Shown here: positions 1 to 27,736 of the stretch, in pieces
Numbering within the stretch: position 1 is the stretch's first letter
Layout of the letters: each line of letters begins with the position of its first letter
Assembly (NCBI RefSeq): GCF_009914755.1
Contig: NC_060931.1
Strand: one strand, 5' to 3'
Length of the DNA stretch: 64,000 nucleotides
Source of the DNA: the human T2T-CHM13v2.0 reference genome, Homo sapiens
Position numbers and translations under genes: made by a program
The notes under the pieces: model-generated
Seen by the model: the letters and a program-made list of their open reading frames with translations, nothing else
Told to the model about the DNA's origin: nothing
The model's database searches: none

Positions 1-140
1 GTAAAATTTAGTTTCTAGTGAACTAGGGTAACAAAAAAGGCAAGGATGAGCTCATGAAGAACACCAGTCTAACCAGAAAATGTTATGTATTAGCATCTAT
101 AAATGATAAACTACAAACATTGACAAATTATTCAACTTTG

Positions 141-436
141 GGCTGGGGATGGTAGCTCATGCCTGTAATCCTAAAGCTTTGGGAGGCCAAGGCATGAGTC
201 ACCAGGGCAGGAGTTTGAGACCAGCCTGGGCAACATGGCAAGACTCCACTTCTACAAAAATTAAAAGAAAAAAATTAGCTGAGTGTGTGGCACATGCCTG
301 TGATCCCAGCTAGTTGAGAGGCTGAGGTGGGTAGAGAACTTGAGCCCACGAGTTCAAGGCTGCAGTGAGCTATGTATGATTGTGTCACTGCTCACCAGAC
401 AGGCAACAGAACCAGACTGTATCTCTAAAAAAAAAA
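141..436 (+). mobile_element. AluJ-like
   Basis: Diverged dimeric Alu; TSD aaattattcaa. Confidence 0.9.
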
Positions 437-476
437 TTATTCAATGTTGCTGGATTTAACCCAGTAATATATAGTA

Positions 477-643
477 TAATTGTTCTCAAAGTGTGATCCT
501 TAGACCACCAGCATCAGCATCACTTGGAACTTGTTAGAAATGTATTCTCACCACCACCCCAGACCTGCTGAATCTGACACTGAGGGTGGGACCTACAAGC
601 GCTCCAGGGGATTCTGGTGCATACTGAAATTTAAGAACCACTG
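477..643. mobile_element. MER5A (hAT-Charlie MITE)
   Basis: GTTCTCAAAGTGTG...CAGCATCAGCATCAC...AGAACCACTG, with an 8-bp TSD atatagta/gtatagta. Confidence 0.85.
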
Positions 644-706
644 GTATAGTATATGCTGCAGTGCACAGTCCAGAGCCCACGTATTCCTTATAAAACTGGA
701 GCACTT

Positions 707-1021
<315 letters not shown>

Positions 1022-1029
1022 TTAGCTCC

Positions 1030-1384
1030 TGGAAGTGTTGACTGATCATTACTCAGGGATCTCTACCCAGGAATTGGACTTGGCCAAAGGAAGCTGTATC
1101 GCCCAAGTTTACACTCCTTTTTAGGGGGCCTACCTCCAGTGACTGGTGGATGTAGGATATAGTGCCTAGCTCTTTTGCCTTAATTTGAGACAATTCTGAA
1201 GGGCCATTCCAGCTCCAGAGTTTCTTGTGTGATTAGTTTTGACTTGATCTAACTGCATTGAAGTTCAACTTCTGCGTAATCCTACTTCCTCTATTTTCTC
1301 CTAGTAATGTCCCCAAGAGCATTCCATACTATTACCTCTTGAAAGCAAATCCCATTTGTTTCCTGGGAAACCTGAACTAAGACA
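1030..1384 (+). mobile_element. ERVL solo LTR fragment (LTR16-like)
   Basis: GGCCATTCCAGCTCCAGAG motif and terminal TTCCTGGGAAACCTGAACTAAGACA, typical of the LTR16 family. Confidence 0.6.
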
Positions 1385-1487
1385 ATGACTTTTCTCTGCA
1401 AAAATGTAGTCAATTTTTGAGTAGGCAAGATATTCACACGTACAAAATTTCAAAATGTACAAAGGGTATACAGTGAAAAGACTCCCC

Positions 1488-2065
<578 letters not shown>

Positions 2066-2243
2066 ATACACACAGACACACAAACTCCTCCCATCCTTGC
2101 CCTTAGTCATCAGTTTCACCTCTGCAGAGGTGTTGCTGATACAGTGAAGTGTGTTAGCATTTAGAGACTTCAGACTTAAAGATTACTATACATAGATTGC
2201 AGGAGCTTTTTATCCCTGTGTTCACTTTTAAATTCCATTTTAA

Positions 2244-2608
<365 letters not shown>

Positions 2609-2657
2609 TCTTTTGGCTACTTTTGTAAAGGATAGCCAAATTCTCCTTTTTAAAGTA

Positions 2658-5061
<2,404 letters not shown>

Positions 5062-5089
5062 TATTATTATTATTACTATTATTTTGTAA

Positions 5090-5471
<382 letters not shown>

Positions 5472-5843
5472 AAGCCTGGCCAGTTCTAAATGAGGTCAAT
5501 CAGGATGCACCCACCCTTCTATACTCAGCTGTGATGCCTGGGACTCTGCAAAACACACTTCTGCTTTGCCTTTGCTTCCCTGCTAGGCTTTGCCAATAGG
5601 GGGAACTAGAGGGAAATGGAAAGACTGAAGGCGCCCTCCAGTCCGCTTTCTGTTTCTCTGAGTGTCACTTATTCAGGACTTCACTCTGGCTGGAGCAGTT
5701 CGTTAGGTAGCAGCAGCTGACTCAGTTTTTCCAACTCTTGAAAAGCCAGCCTAATTGTCTCTAACCCCCTCACCAGCACCAGCCGGCTCCTTCCTCAGAG
5801 GTTTGAGTTGCAGCTCTAGAGGTCCCTTTCTCTAGGTTTCTAA

Positions 5844-12075
<6,232 letters not shown>

Positions 12076-12528
12076 TGACCTGTTATTTCAATTTTGAACC
12101 ATGCAAATGTATTATCTATTTTAAAGTTAGACTAAAAAAAGAAAAAAAGACATAGAATAGTGTATAGAATGCCAACATCTGTGGGCATCTGTTTATATAA
12201 AAAAAAAGACCTACTTATTTATAATTTACTTTATTTATTTATTTTTTTGAGATGGAGTCTTACTCTGTCACCCAGTCTGGAGTGCAGTGGCGCAATCTCA
12301 GCTCACTGCAACCTCTAGTCTCCTGGGTTCAAGTGATCGCCCTGCTTCAGGCTCCCAAGTAGCTAGGACTACAGGCATGTGCCACCATGCCTGGCTAATT
12401 TTTTTTTTTTTTCGTAGAGATAGGGTTTTACCATATTAGCCTGGTCTTCAACTCCTGAGCTCAGGTAATCCACCTGCCTCAGCCTCCCAAATTGCTGGGA
12501 TTACAGGTATAATTTACTCTTTTTAAAC

Positions 12529-13003
12529 TAGCAGTCTCCAATGTTTTTGGCACCAGGGACCGATTTCATGGAAGACAAATTTTCCATGTCCTAGGCGGGG
12601 GGATGGTTTGGGGATGATTCAAACGCATTACATTTATTGTGCAATTTATTATTATTACATTGTGATATATAATGAAATAATTGTACAATTCATCATAATG
12701 TAGAGTCAGTGGGAGCCCTGAGCTTGTTTTCCTGCAATTAGACAGTCCCATCTCAGGGAGGATGGAAGACAGTGACAGATCATCAGGCATTAGATTCTCA
12801 TACAGAGCACACAACCTAGATCCATTGAATGCAAAGTTCACAATAGGGTTTGTGCTCCTATGAGAATCTAATGCCACTGTTGATCTGACAGGAGGTGGAA
12901 CCAGTGGGAACTCAGGCAGTAATGTTCACTCGTTGGCTGCTTACTTTCTGTTATAGGCCAAGGACCCAGTACTGGTCTGTGGCCCAGGAATTGGGGAACC
13001 CTG
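12529..13003. mobile_element. MER1A (hAT-Charlie)
   Basis: TTTTTGGCACCAGGGACC...CATCAGGCATTAGATTCTCATA...GGGGAACCCTG; TSD ttttaaac at 12521 and ~13313. Confidence 0.8.
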
Positions 13004-13444
13004 TTTTTAGTTTTGTTTTGTTTTTTGAGACGGAGGCTTGCTGTGTCACGCTGGAATGCAGTGGTGCGATGTCAACTCACTGCAACTTCTGCCTCCTGGG
13101 TTCAAGCGATTCTCCTGCCTCAGCCTCCTGAGTAGCTGGGACTACAGGCACACACCACCATGCCCAGCTAATTTTCGTATTTTTAGTAGAGACAGAGTTT
13201 CACCATGTTGGCCAGGATGGTCTCAATCTTTTGACCTTGTGATCTGCCCTCCTCGGCCTCCCAAAGTGCTGGGATTACAGGCATGAGCCACTGTGCCCAG
13301 CCGGGAACACTGTTTTAAACAATATTCTGAGGCTCTTCATATTTTACTTGTAGTCAGTGAAGAGAAGATCTAAAAATAAGGAAATGCCTTTGTCATTCCA
13401 AGTACAAAATTTCTTAGCTTGCCATAAATGAAGAGGGTTAGAAT

Positions 13445-15330
<1,886 letters not shown>

Positions 15331-15401
15331 AGAACACACCCCAGCAATGATGTCAGGCGTAGCCTCAGAGGGTGGATGGGAGCAGCTTGCAGGGAAATTG
15401 A

Positions 15402-15599
<198 letters not shown>

Positions 15600-16423
15600 T
15601 AATAGAGGTGAGGTCTCACCATGTTGCCCAGGCTAGTCTTGAACTCCTGAACTCAAACGATCCACCCACTTCAGCATCCCAGAGTGCTGGGATCAGGAGC
15701 CACCTGCCTGGCCCTGGCTCCCTTAAAGTGTGACCTTTGAAGGCAAAATGGTAGGTACAATATAAAACACTGCAACAAACCCTGATAATTCCCACGCTTG
15801 TTTCTATCCTAAGTCTTGCCCACAAAAGAGAAAACCTATAGCTGACAAAGGTTTGGGAGAGTTCAGCAGGTGTAATCAAAATAGAGTTTGCAGTCCCCAC
15901 CAGAAAAGATGTGGTGTCAGATGAGGAGCAGATAAATGAGAGCACTGCTCTGATGAGTCACTTGCCTAAGTGATGTCACCAGCTGGGTTTTCACTGCCAG
16001 AAAATCAGCAGCTGCTGGACTAGAACATTCCACATCGCTGACAACAGCTCTTCTTCCTTCAGAAGTTTGTTTTCTGCCATTCTGCCAGAACACCTAGCAT
16101 GCTTTCTCTTTTTATGTTATTTATACTAGAAGGTGAGGAACCTGCCTTTATGTTCTGAACTATGCATGATAGAGGACCCAATTAAAAAAAAAAAAACTCT
16201 TTCAGAATTCCAAGCCAAAGCTTCAAGGCCAGAAGCAGCTAGATGTAAATAAGGGCAGGGATTTTTTTATGCAGAGAAACAACTCACTTAAGGTCATACA
16301 ACAAGCCAGTAAAGACAATACATTTTCTTATTCTTAAACTTAGCCATCATCTCATAAGGCCAATTGGATCCCAGTACTCCTTCATCCAGTGAATTATCAG
16401 CAGAGAATCACTTCATTTAGTGA

Positions 16424-16794
<371 letters not shown>

Positions 16795-16797
16795 TAG

Positions 16798-16980
<183 letters not shown>

Positions 16981-17188
16981 TAAGTTTTAGTAGAGACGGG
17001 GTTTCACCATATTGGCCAGGCTGATCTCGAACTCCTGACCTCGTGATCCGCCCACCTTGGCCTCCCAAAGTGCTGGGATTATAAATGTGAGCCGCCACGC
17101 CCGGCTGAAGACCAAGAATTTTCATTTTACCATTACATGAGATGTACTTACCTGAGTCTGATTAAATGGGGCCTAGAAGAAAGAATGA

Positions 17189-17382
<194 letters not shown>

Positions 17383-17617
17383 TAGTAGAGACGGGGTTTC
17401 TCCATGTTGGTCAGTCTGGTCTCGAACTCCTGACCTCAGGTGATCCGCCCTCCTCGGCCTCCCAAAGTGCTGGGATTATAGGCCTGAGCCACCGCGCTGG
17501 GTCTGAAATTAATTTTCAATTTATTTCTGCAAAAGAAAAAAATCTCGGCATGGTATAGCGCAAAAAAAAAATTATTTCTGCCTAAGATTTGTGGGCCTTG
17601 TGCACAGCTCAATATAA

Positions 17618-17722
<105 letters not shown>

Positions 17723-17819
17723 TGAGACCAGCCTGGCCAACATAGCAAAACCCCGTCTCTACTAAAAATACAAAACTTAGCCGGACATGATGGTGGGCAC
17801 CTGTAGTCCCAGCTACTCA

Positions 17820-17951
<132 letters not shown>

Positions 17952-18184
17952 TCAGGAAAAAGCCATCAGTGTGCTCCACATAAATTCATTATCATTTTAT
18001 TTACTGAGCTAATACAATTTTTTTCAATATATATTAATACATACATAAATGTGATGGCCACTTAACACTGTGAGATTTAAAAAATACTTCATTAAAAAAC
18101 TACAAAAGGATGCATACTAAATTGTTTAACAGCAGTTATCTTTACAGAGTAGGTTTGGGGAAAGGAGGCACATTCATTTATGTC

Positions 18185-18795
18185 TTTTTTTTTTTTTTTT
18201 TCTAAAAATCATTTGGGCAATTTTATTTTTTTATTTTTATTTTTTTCTATAAGAAACTACTTTTATTTCAAAAATAAATCTTAAGACTGATATGTAGCTT
18301 CATCTATTCAGTAAACATTTGATCCAGTATCTACTATGCTGGATACCTAGCAGATACAAAGATGAATCTCATGTGGGTGGACCTTGATCTCAAGAGGCTT
18401 AGAGTCTAGAAAGACACATACATGTTACATACATATGTATACATTCCTATACATACCTACATATTACATCCTTTTTACTCTATTAAACAGGTAAAATGCA
18501 AGGGGAATTCAGAAGAGAGAAGATAGTCATTTTGGATGTGTAGTGCTGAAAGGCAGAGTGACATTATGGCTTTGGGCTCTGGAGTCAGAATGCTTGGATT
18601 CTGGCGGGGCACAGTGGCACAACCCTGTAATCCCAGCACTTTGGGAGGCAGATCACTTGAACTCAGGAGTTTGAGACCAGCTTGTGAAACATTGCGAGAC
18701 TTCATCTTAAAAATATATGTATTTTTTTTTTTTAAAAAGAATGGCTGGATTCAAATCCTGTTTTAGAATTTATTATCTTAGGGTCCTTGTATGAT
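18185..18795 (-). mobile_element. SVA 3' transduction (foreign flanking DNA with its own poly(A) tail)
   Basis: TSD TCATTTATGTCTTT at 18174-18187 and 21072-21085; poly(T) 18185-18201; AATAAA (minus) at 18222-18227. Confidence 0.85.
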
Positions 18796-21071
18796 TATTT
18801 TATTTTATTTTTTTTTTAGTATTTATTGATCATTCTTGGGTGTTTCTCAGAGAGGGGGATGTGGCAGGATCATAGGATAATAGTGGAGAGAAGGTCAGCA
18901 GATAAACACGAGAACAAAGGTCTCTGGTTTTCCTAGGCAGAGGTCCCTGCGGCCTTCGCCCTGTTTGTGTCCCTGGGTACTTGAGATTAGGGAGTGGTGA
19001 TGACTCTTAAGGAGCATGCTGTCATCAAGCATCTGTTTAACAAAGCACATCTTGCACTGCCCTTAATCTATTTAACCCTGAGTTGACACAGCACATGTTT
19101 CAGAGAGCAGGGGGTTGGGGGTAAGGTTATAGATTAATAGCATCCCAAGGCAGAAGAATTTTTCTTAGTACAGAACAAAATGGAGTCTCCTATGTCTACT
19201 TCTTTCTACACAGACACAGCAACAATCTGATCTCTCTTTCTTTTCCCCACATTTCCCCCTTTTCTTTTTGACAAAACTGCCATCGTCATCATGGCCCGTT
19301 CTCGATGGTCGCTGTCTCTTCGGAGCAGTTGGGTATACCTCCCGGACGGGGCGGCTGGGCAGAGGCACTCCTCACTTCCCAGACGGGGCGGCTGGGCAGA
19401 GGCGTTCCTCACATCCCAGACGATGGGCGGCCGGGCAGAGGCGCTCCTCACTTCCCAGACGAGGTGGCCAGGCAGAGGTGCACCTCACCTCCCAGACGGG
19501 GTGGCGGCCGGACAGAGGTGCTCCTCACCGCCCAGACGGGGTGGTGGCTGGGCAGAGGCTCTCCCCATATCCCAGACGATGGGCGGCCGGGCAGAGGCGC
19601 TCCCCACCTCCCAGACGGGGCGGCCGGGCAGAGGCGCCCCTCACCTCCCAGATGGGGCGGCCGGGCAGAGGCGCCCCTCACCTTCCAGACGGGGCGGCCG
19701 GGCAGAGGCGCCCCTCACCTCCCAGACGGGGTGGTGGCCGGGCAGAGGCGCTCCTCATTTCCCAGACAGGGCAGCCGGGCAGAGGTGCTCCCCACCTCCC
19801 AGACGGGGTGGCGGCCGGACAGAGGCACTTCTCACCTCCCAGATGGGGTGGTGGCCGGGCAGAGGCGCTCCTCACTTCCCAGATGGTGCGGCGGGGCAGA
19901 GGCACTCCTCACCTTCCAGACGGGGTGGCCGGGCAGAGACGCCCCTCACCTCCCAGACGGGGTGGCTGGGCAGAGGCGCCCACTTCCCTGACGGGGCGGC
20001 CGGGCAGAGGCGCTCCCCACCTCCCAAACGAAGGGCGGCCGGGCAGAGGCGCCCCTCACTTCCCAGGCTGGGCGGCCGGGCAGAGGCGCTCCTCACCTTC
20101 CAGACGAAGAGCGGCCGGGCAGAGGTGCCCCTCACTTCACAGGTGGGGCAGCCAGGCAGAGACGCTCCCCACCTCCCAGACGGGGCGGCCGGGCAGAGGC
20201 GCTCCCCACCTCCCAGACGGGGCGGCCGGGCAGAGGCGCCCCTCACCTCCCAGACGGGGCGGCCGGGCAGAGGCGCTCCTCACCTCCCAGACGGGGCGGC
20301 CGGGCAGAGGCGCTCCTCACCTCCCAGACGATGGGCGGCCGGGCAGAGGCGCTCCTCACATCCCAGACGATGGGCAGTCAGGCAGAGACGCTCCTCACTT
20401 CCTAGACGGGGTGGCGGACGGGCAGAGGCGCTCCTCACTTCCCAGATGGGGGTGGCCAGGCAGAGGCACTCCTCACTTCCCATTCGGGGCAGCCGGGCAG
20501 AGGCGCTCCTCACTTCCCAGATGGGGCGGCCGGGCAGAGGCGCTTCTCACATCCCAGATGATCGGCGGCCAGGCAGAGACTCTGCTCACTTCCCAGACGG
20601 GGTGGCGGGTGGGCAGAGGCTGTAATCTTAGCACTTTGGGAGGCCAAGGCAGGCGGCTGGGAGGTGGGGGTTGCAGCGAGCCGAGATCACGCCACTGCAC
20701 TCCAGCCTGGGCAACATTGAGCACTGAGTGAGCGAGACTCCGTCTGCAATCCCAGCACCTCGGGAGGCCGAGGCGGGCAGATCACCCAAGGCCAGGAGCT
20801 GGAGACCAGCCTGGTCAACATGGCGAAACCCCGTCTCCACCAAAAATACAAAAACCAGTCAGGAGTGGCAGCGCGTGCCTGGAATGCCAGGCACCCGGCA
20901 GGCCCAGGCAGGAGAATCACCGGAGCCCGAGGCAGGGAGGTTGCAGTGAGCCGAGATCATGGCAGTACAGTCCAGGCTCCGCAAGAGAGGGAGACTGTAG
21001 AAAGAGGGAGACGGAGAGTGAGAGCGAGAGCGGGAGGGAGAGAGACGGAGAGGGAGAGGGAGAGGGAGAGC
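18796..21071 (-). mobile_element. Full-length SVA retrotransposon (older, SVA_A-like)
   Basis: Read on minus: (CCCTCT)n hexamer ~20990-21071, Alu-like domain ~20616-20990, GC-rich VNTR ~19338-20615, SINE-R ~18818-19337 with AATAAA (18822-18827) and a short poly(A). Subfamily is inferred from the retained GGAGCCCGA segment in the Alu-like domain. Confidence 0.95.
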
Positions 21072-21919
21072 TCATTTATGTCTTTACAGAGAATCTATAC
21101 TGTTCATCTTTGTAAAAATGAGTTGCATTAATTTTGTAATAAAAGAAAGTTTGGAGACTATAACTTCAAAAAAGAAAAGAAATGGCCACCAACTATAAGG
21201 GGTACTGAGTAAATGAGGCAAAGGATAGGATGATTTTGAGTGTGAGGACAGTGTAGGGTTGCGTGGAGGAATTCCTGGTACAGTCCTGCATGTGAGAAGG
21301 TGGGGAAGTGTGTGTGAGGGTTGAGTCTAGGGCAATCTCTGTGTTACCCACAGGCTTGAGAGACTTAGTCCATTCTCTCCAACCTCTGTTCTACAAACTA
21401 CCAGTGGATTTGTTGTGTCATCTCAGACACACAGTATAGGAGTAAGAAGTTTGTCCTTTCTATAACAACATGGTGTCATGTCAAGAGAGCTAATTTAGAT
21501 GTATGTTTGCTGTTGTCATTAACTAGTTTGGAGACCTTAATTAGGTCCACTGAGGGGTCTACATAAGGTACCATGGATGTCTAAGATAAGTTAAACATCT
21601 GTCTTGTGTAGGGAGTATTTCCTTTTCTTTTAAATTTAAATGGGGCTGTCTCTTGTAAGGAGCAAATGTCTGGGTCAGGAACGATGTTGCAAATCAAATT
21701 ATCTATTGCTTGAATGGAGGCCTGGTTAGTAGCTAGGGAGACTAGTTCTTCCTAAAAGCTTTCTCTTCTTTCTCCCGACCCACTAAACTATAAGTCCCAT
21801 ATGAACGACAACCGTATCCTCTACCCTAGTACAATACCTGGAATATAGCAGCTACCCAATAATTAACTGAATGAATTTACAAACGATCTGAGCTAAGAAT
21901 TGTTATTAAAAGATTTTGG

Positions 21920-22226
21920 GGCTGGGCGTGGTGGCTTACGCCTGTAATCCCAGCACTTTGGGAGGCTAAGGCAGGTGGATCATGAGGTCAGGAGTTCAAG
22001 ACCAGCCTGGCCAACTTGGTGAAACCCAGTCTCTACTAAAAATAAAAAGAAAAAATTAGCTGGGCATGGCGGCGGGCGCCTGTAATCCCAGCTACTCAGG
22101 AGGCTGAGGCAGAAAATTGCTTGAACCCAGGAGGTGGAGGTTGCAGTGAGCTGAGATCACGCCACTACACTCCAGCCTGGGTGACAGAGTGAGACTATGT
22201 CTCAAAAAAAAAAAAAAAAAAAAAAA
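21920..22226 (+). mobile_element. AluS
   Basis: Full Alu; TSD aaagattttgg. Confidence 0.92.
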
Positions 22227-22579
22227 GATTTTGGTACTGAAGGTACTTGCCCAAAATCAGACTGTTAGTTTAGAACAGTCAGGGATAGTCATGACATGAA
22301 AAAATACAAAAACTATAAAGGTAATAGCCCTGTTCCTGCAGGCATTTGCTCTAATGCAGCTCTTCAGGCTGTAGCCTGGCTGCATCTATTGTTTAAACTT
22401 GTACAGTAACAAACTTCACATGAATCTGAAAAATTCAAACCATCTACAGGGTTTCTAGTGAACCAAACCCAGCCTCAGCAGCACTACAGCAGACTAACTC
22501 ATCAGGGCAAATACTTCCTGAGACCTGTGTCAGTTGGCAACTAAGCTAATTCTTTCCATAACTTTTGTTGATTTCTGCA

Positions 22580-23060
<481 letters not shown>

Positions 23061-23669
23061 CGTGCTAGTAAAACCCCAGATTTTCCCAGGGAGGGACTAC
23101 TAATATCAATACTGAAGGATTCCATTTACAAACTTTTCTCAAGATGAGTTATTTTAGAGGTTTAAGTGGTAATTTAGGCACAGTGGTTGGGAGGTGAAAG
23201 CCATACATTCAAGGAATGTTCTGCTATACTCTTTTGTTTTCCTCTGGCAGAGATTCCCAACCCTTTTCCCTTCTTTATACCTTAAAATCCCACAGGCCAC
23301 TGGTTTCACCCCTGACTGTAGGCTAGAATCACCTTGGGGAACTCAAAAAGGCAAAGCATTACCAAAAAACTCCATGTCTGTGTCTCAAAGATTGATTCAG
23401 TTGGTCTATGGTGGTGCCTGGGCATCAGTATTCAAAGCTTTCCAGGTGGTTCTGCAGCCAGCATTGAGAACCACTTAAGAGATTGTAGAAATGGACAATC
23501 ACAGGAAAGTTATGTATGTTGTGTGTTGGGGGGGCTGGGGGCGGTGTAGGCATTTCGTAGCAGGAGCTTCTAATATAAAGAAAATATACGAGAACTAAAG
23601 GATTAAGCTATCTATACATAAAAAACCATCCCTCATTTTCAGAAAGGCACTATTTACTTATTAGTCTAG

Positions 23670-24290
<621 letters not shown>

Positions 24291-24680
24291 GCCAGGATAA
24301 ATGGACACAATTCAGTTTTTTTCTTAAACATTAGGGCAAGAAAAGGCTGCCCTAATTTACCTCCTAAGCAACTACAATGTTGATAAACAATGAATGAAGA
24401 CTTAGCAGTTTCTTTCAAGCCATTGTAAATGATGGAAGAAATTAAGGGAACCAAGTGGCTGTCTAGGTTATCAACCAAAGCATAAAATTAATTTGCAGTT
24501 TTGATTTACTCCACAAATTGCTTACTAGAAAAGGGTTACGGCAACCCAGAAGTTCTAGAACAGGCTATAGTTCAGATGAAATGTGCAATGACTTATGTCA
24601 TTTTAAGTGGGAACTCCTGATTCCATACCCATTCGTGAGCCCCAACAGATGGGATTTCCCTCCCCTATCACCACATAATT

Positions 24681-24750
24681 ACTTAGAGACACAAGCACAA
24701 GATTGTCATTCACTTTTCTGCATACTTTATTTGTTACAAACATACAATTT
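24681..24750 (-). terminator. Distal PURB cleavage/polyadenylation site
   Basis: AATAAA on minus (TTTATT at 24726-24731), two upstream TGTA elements (TTGTATGTTTGTAAC) and a GU-rich downstream element (TTGTGCTTGTGTCT, ~24687-24700). Confidence 0.8.
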
Positions 24751-25930
24751 TTTTTAAATATAGACTGTAAAACTCCATTTGCAAAAGTCTATTGTAAGGA
24801 GTGCACACCAGCAGGAAGGATTCTTACATTTTTTCTCTGTGAGTTTTTCTGTCAGTTTTGCTAGTTAGTGGTAAATACGGGACCCGCCATTTTTACAGAC
24901 CAGTCTGAAGCTTCTGACTGTATTCACATTGCTCTTTTGAAGCAGCCCTGCTCCTCTCAAAATTGATCAGAATCTGAGCTTCAACCTACAGGCAGTGAGA
25001 TCAACAGCCCGTCTGGACTCTGCTTTTGAACGGTTTTCAGGAAGTGTGATTTCTGAATGGGTACTGCACTTCACAGATTTGTTTGAATTGCCCATGCAGC
25101 TCTATGTTTGTTAAAGTGCATTCTTCTTTAAAAAATAAGAGGAATAATCTTTACTCTTTAACCAAGGTACTTAAAAAAATGAACTTTTTGGTCTCTCAGC
25201 AGATATTCCCAAATTGATCCTATCACTACAAATTTTAGTGTTTTATTTACAGACATTTATAGGGTTACAGGTGGAGGGGACCTTATAAAATTAAAGGTGC
25301 AGCTTCTCTTGAAGCAGAAATCAGTTCTACAAATTCATACACAGGAATACACACTTGGTTTACAATGCATAAGCATGTGGGTATTTACACAGAGATTGAA
25401 GACATCCCCAAAAAACACATTTTAAAGTAATTTCCAACCTAAACTCTAATTGTACATCTAGATCAGGAAGCTGTCTCCTGCTATCAAGATTTGGTTTTAA
25501 TTCATTCAAATTATTTCTGTAGATTCTCTACTGGCAGGACATCAGTCCCAGCTTTGGAGTGAATAGTCTAAGAAAGCCACTGGTAGATACTATGATTGGC
25601 AGTGAAGATTCCTATAGAACGGAAAGTATGTTATCTGGAAACAGAAGACAAATGAATTTTAAAAATGATCTTGGAAAAACATCTGGATGGAGGCCCAAAA
25701 TAATAAATCCCTACTATAATTGTTTTAGAACTTCAAAAAAAGAAGTCCAGATACACTGACGATCTTAGTTACTATTCAAATATTGGTAAGTCATTGAAAA
25801 ATAACTCAGATTTACTTGTCTACCGAAACGTGCAAAACCATGGACTCTTTATAAGTACGTCCCATACTGACTTAAAGCCAGTTTCTAGACTTTTTGGTCA
25901 ACCTACTGACTTTTAGAAATTCAGAGAGTA

Positions 25931-26299
<369 letters not shown>

Positions 26300-27415
26300 T
26301 TATCAGTTCAAAATGAAACTCCCAAATTCCTACAACACAAATGTGTTTAATGATATAATCCAGTTCTTCAGTTCTCTTGGGACTCTCCCTGCAGTTATGT
26401 CTCTGAAAAAGGAATTTTACAAGAGAATAAACAAACCACTCACCATCCTATTTCTAAATATAAAGATTCTTCCAACCAGCCTGATCTTGCAACTCAGAGT
26501 TAAGACTGGGGACGAAATATTTGGCTTTAAGAAATAAGAGATGGCCTAAATGGATATTTTGGAAAAAGTTAGCTATTGAAGTGTTATTTAAGGTAAGGGG
26601 GAAAAAAGGACAAACTCATGCCTTCTGCAATATCCATCCTAGTGGACACTGAATAGGGCTATTGCTTTCTTTCCAATACTCTGGGCCCACATTTCATCAT
26701 ACTAAAAAGACATAATTAGTTTTCTTACCCATGTCAATGGATATTAGATATAACACAAGGAAAATGAAATTTGCTTCTAGACTCAAAATCTGTTGACACT
26801 TAAAGTATAATTATACTTTTTTATTAAACTGTTAGAATCATCTATGGAGAAAAATGAGTTTTAGCTTCCAATAAAGCTCTGCTCTTATTAGAAATCATAT
26901 TGAGCAGTGAAACTACCAATATGGCAGTTGCTATTCTATTGTTTTAACATGACTCTACCTATCCCAATTGGAATGTCTAATTCAAGAGACATGAGTTAGA
27001 TTTTCAAATTAAATGATTGTGAATAGAGGTGATTACACTGATGGCATATTCCCTATTTCTTTAGGAAATATAAAATACATTCATAAAGGCCTTACTTGGA
27101 TCAGGGGTACAGATATCAATTGGGAATCTCTAAGGTAATAAGTTTTCTTGATGCGATTTTATTATTTTTTCATTTTCCAAATCTAATTTTCAGTACTGAT
27201 AATTGGACAATTTTCAAGTAAGAGTCTGTTAAATCCGTCAGTAATAAAACTGAGTTTTAAGACTGAGGGCTGGGAAAGGAGACTTTAAATAGCAAAGTCA
27301 GACATATCAAAAGAAATCATTATTCAAGAGTCCAGCTATCTGCTGAAACTTCTGGGGGGCTAATACTTGAAAATTAAGGACTTTGTTTTTTCTAAGTTAA
27401 AAATGGGGGAAATGA

Positions 27416-27736
<321 letters not shown>

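Noticed and set aside
5591-5609. CTCF-like motif in the ERVL LTR (TGCCAATAGGGGGAACTAG)
   Set aside because: The core GGC positions are mutated, so binding cannot be supported from sequence alone.
19338-20615. Repeat-spacer-like array resembling CRISPR
   Set aside because: Eukaryotic SVA VNTR with contiguous units, no unique spacers and no cas genes.
19268-20731. Long ORFs of 487, 444 and 228 aa on the plus strand
   Set aside because: They are translations of the GC-rich SVA VNTR. Repetitive peptides open in several frames at once are a known artefact.
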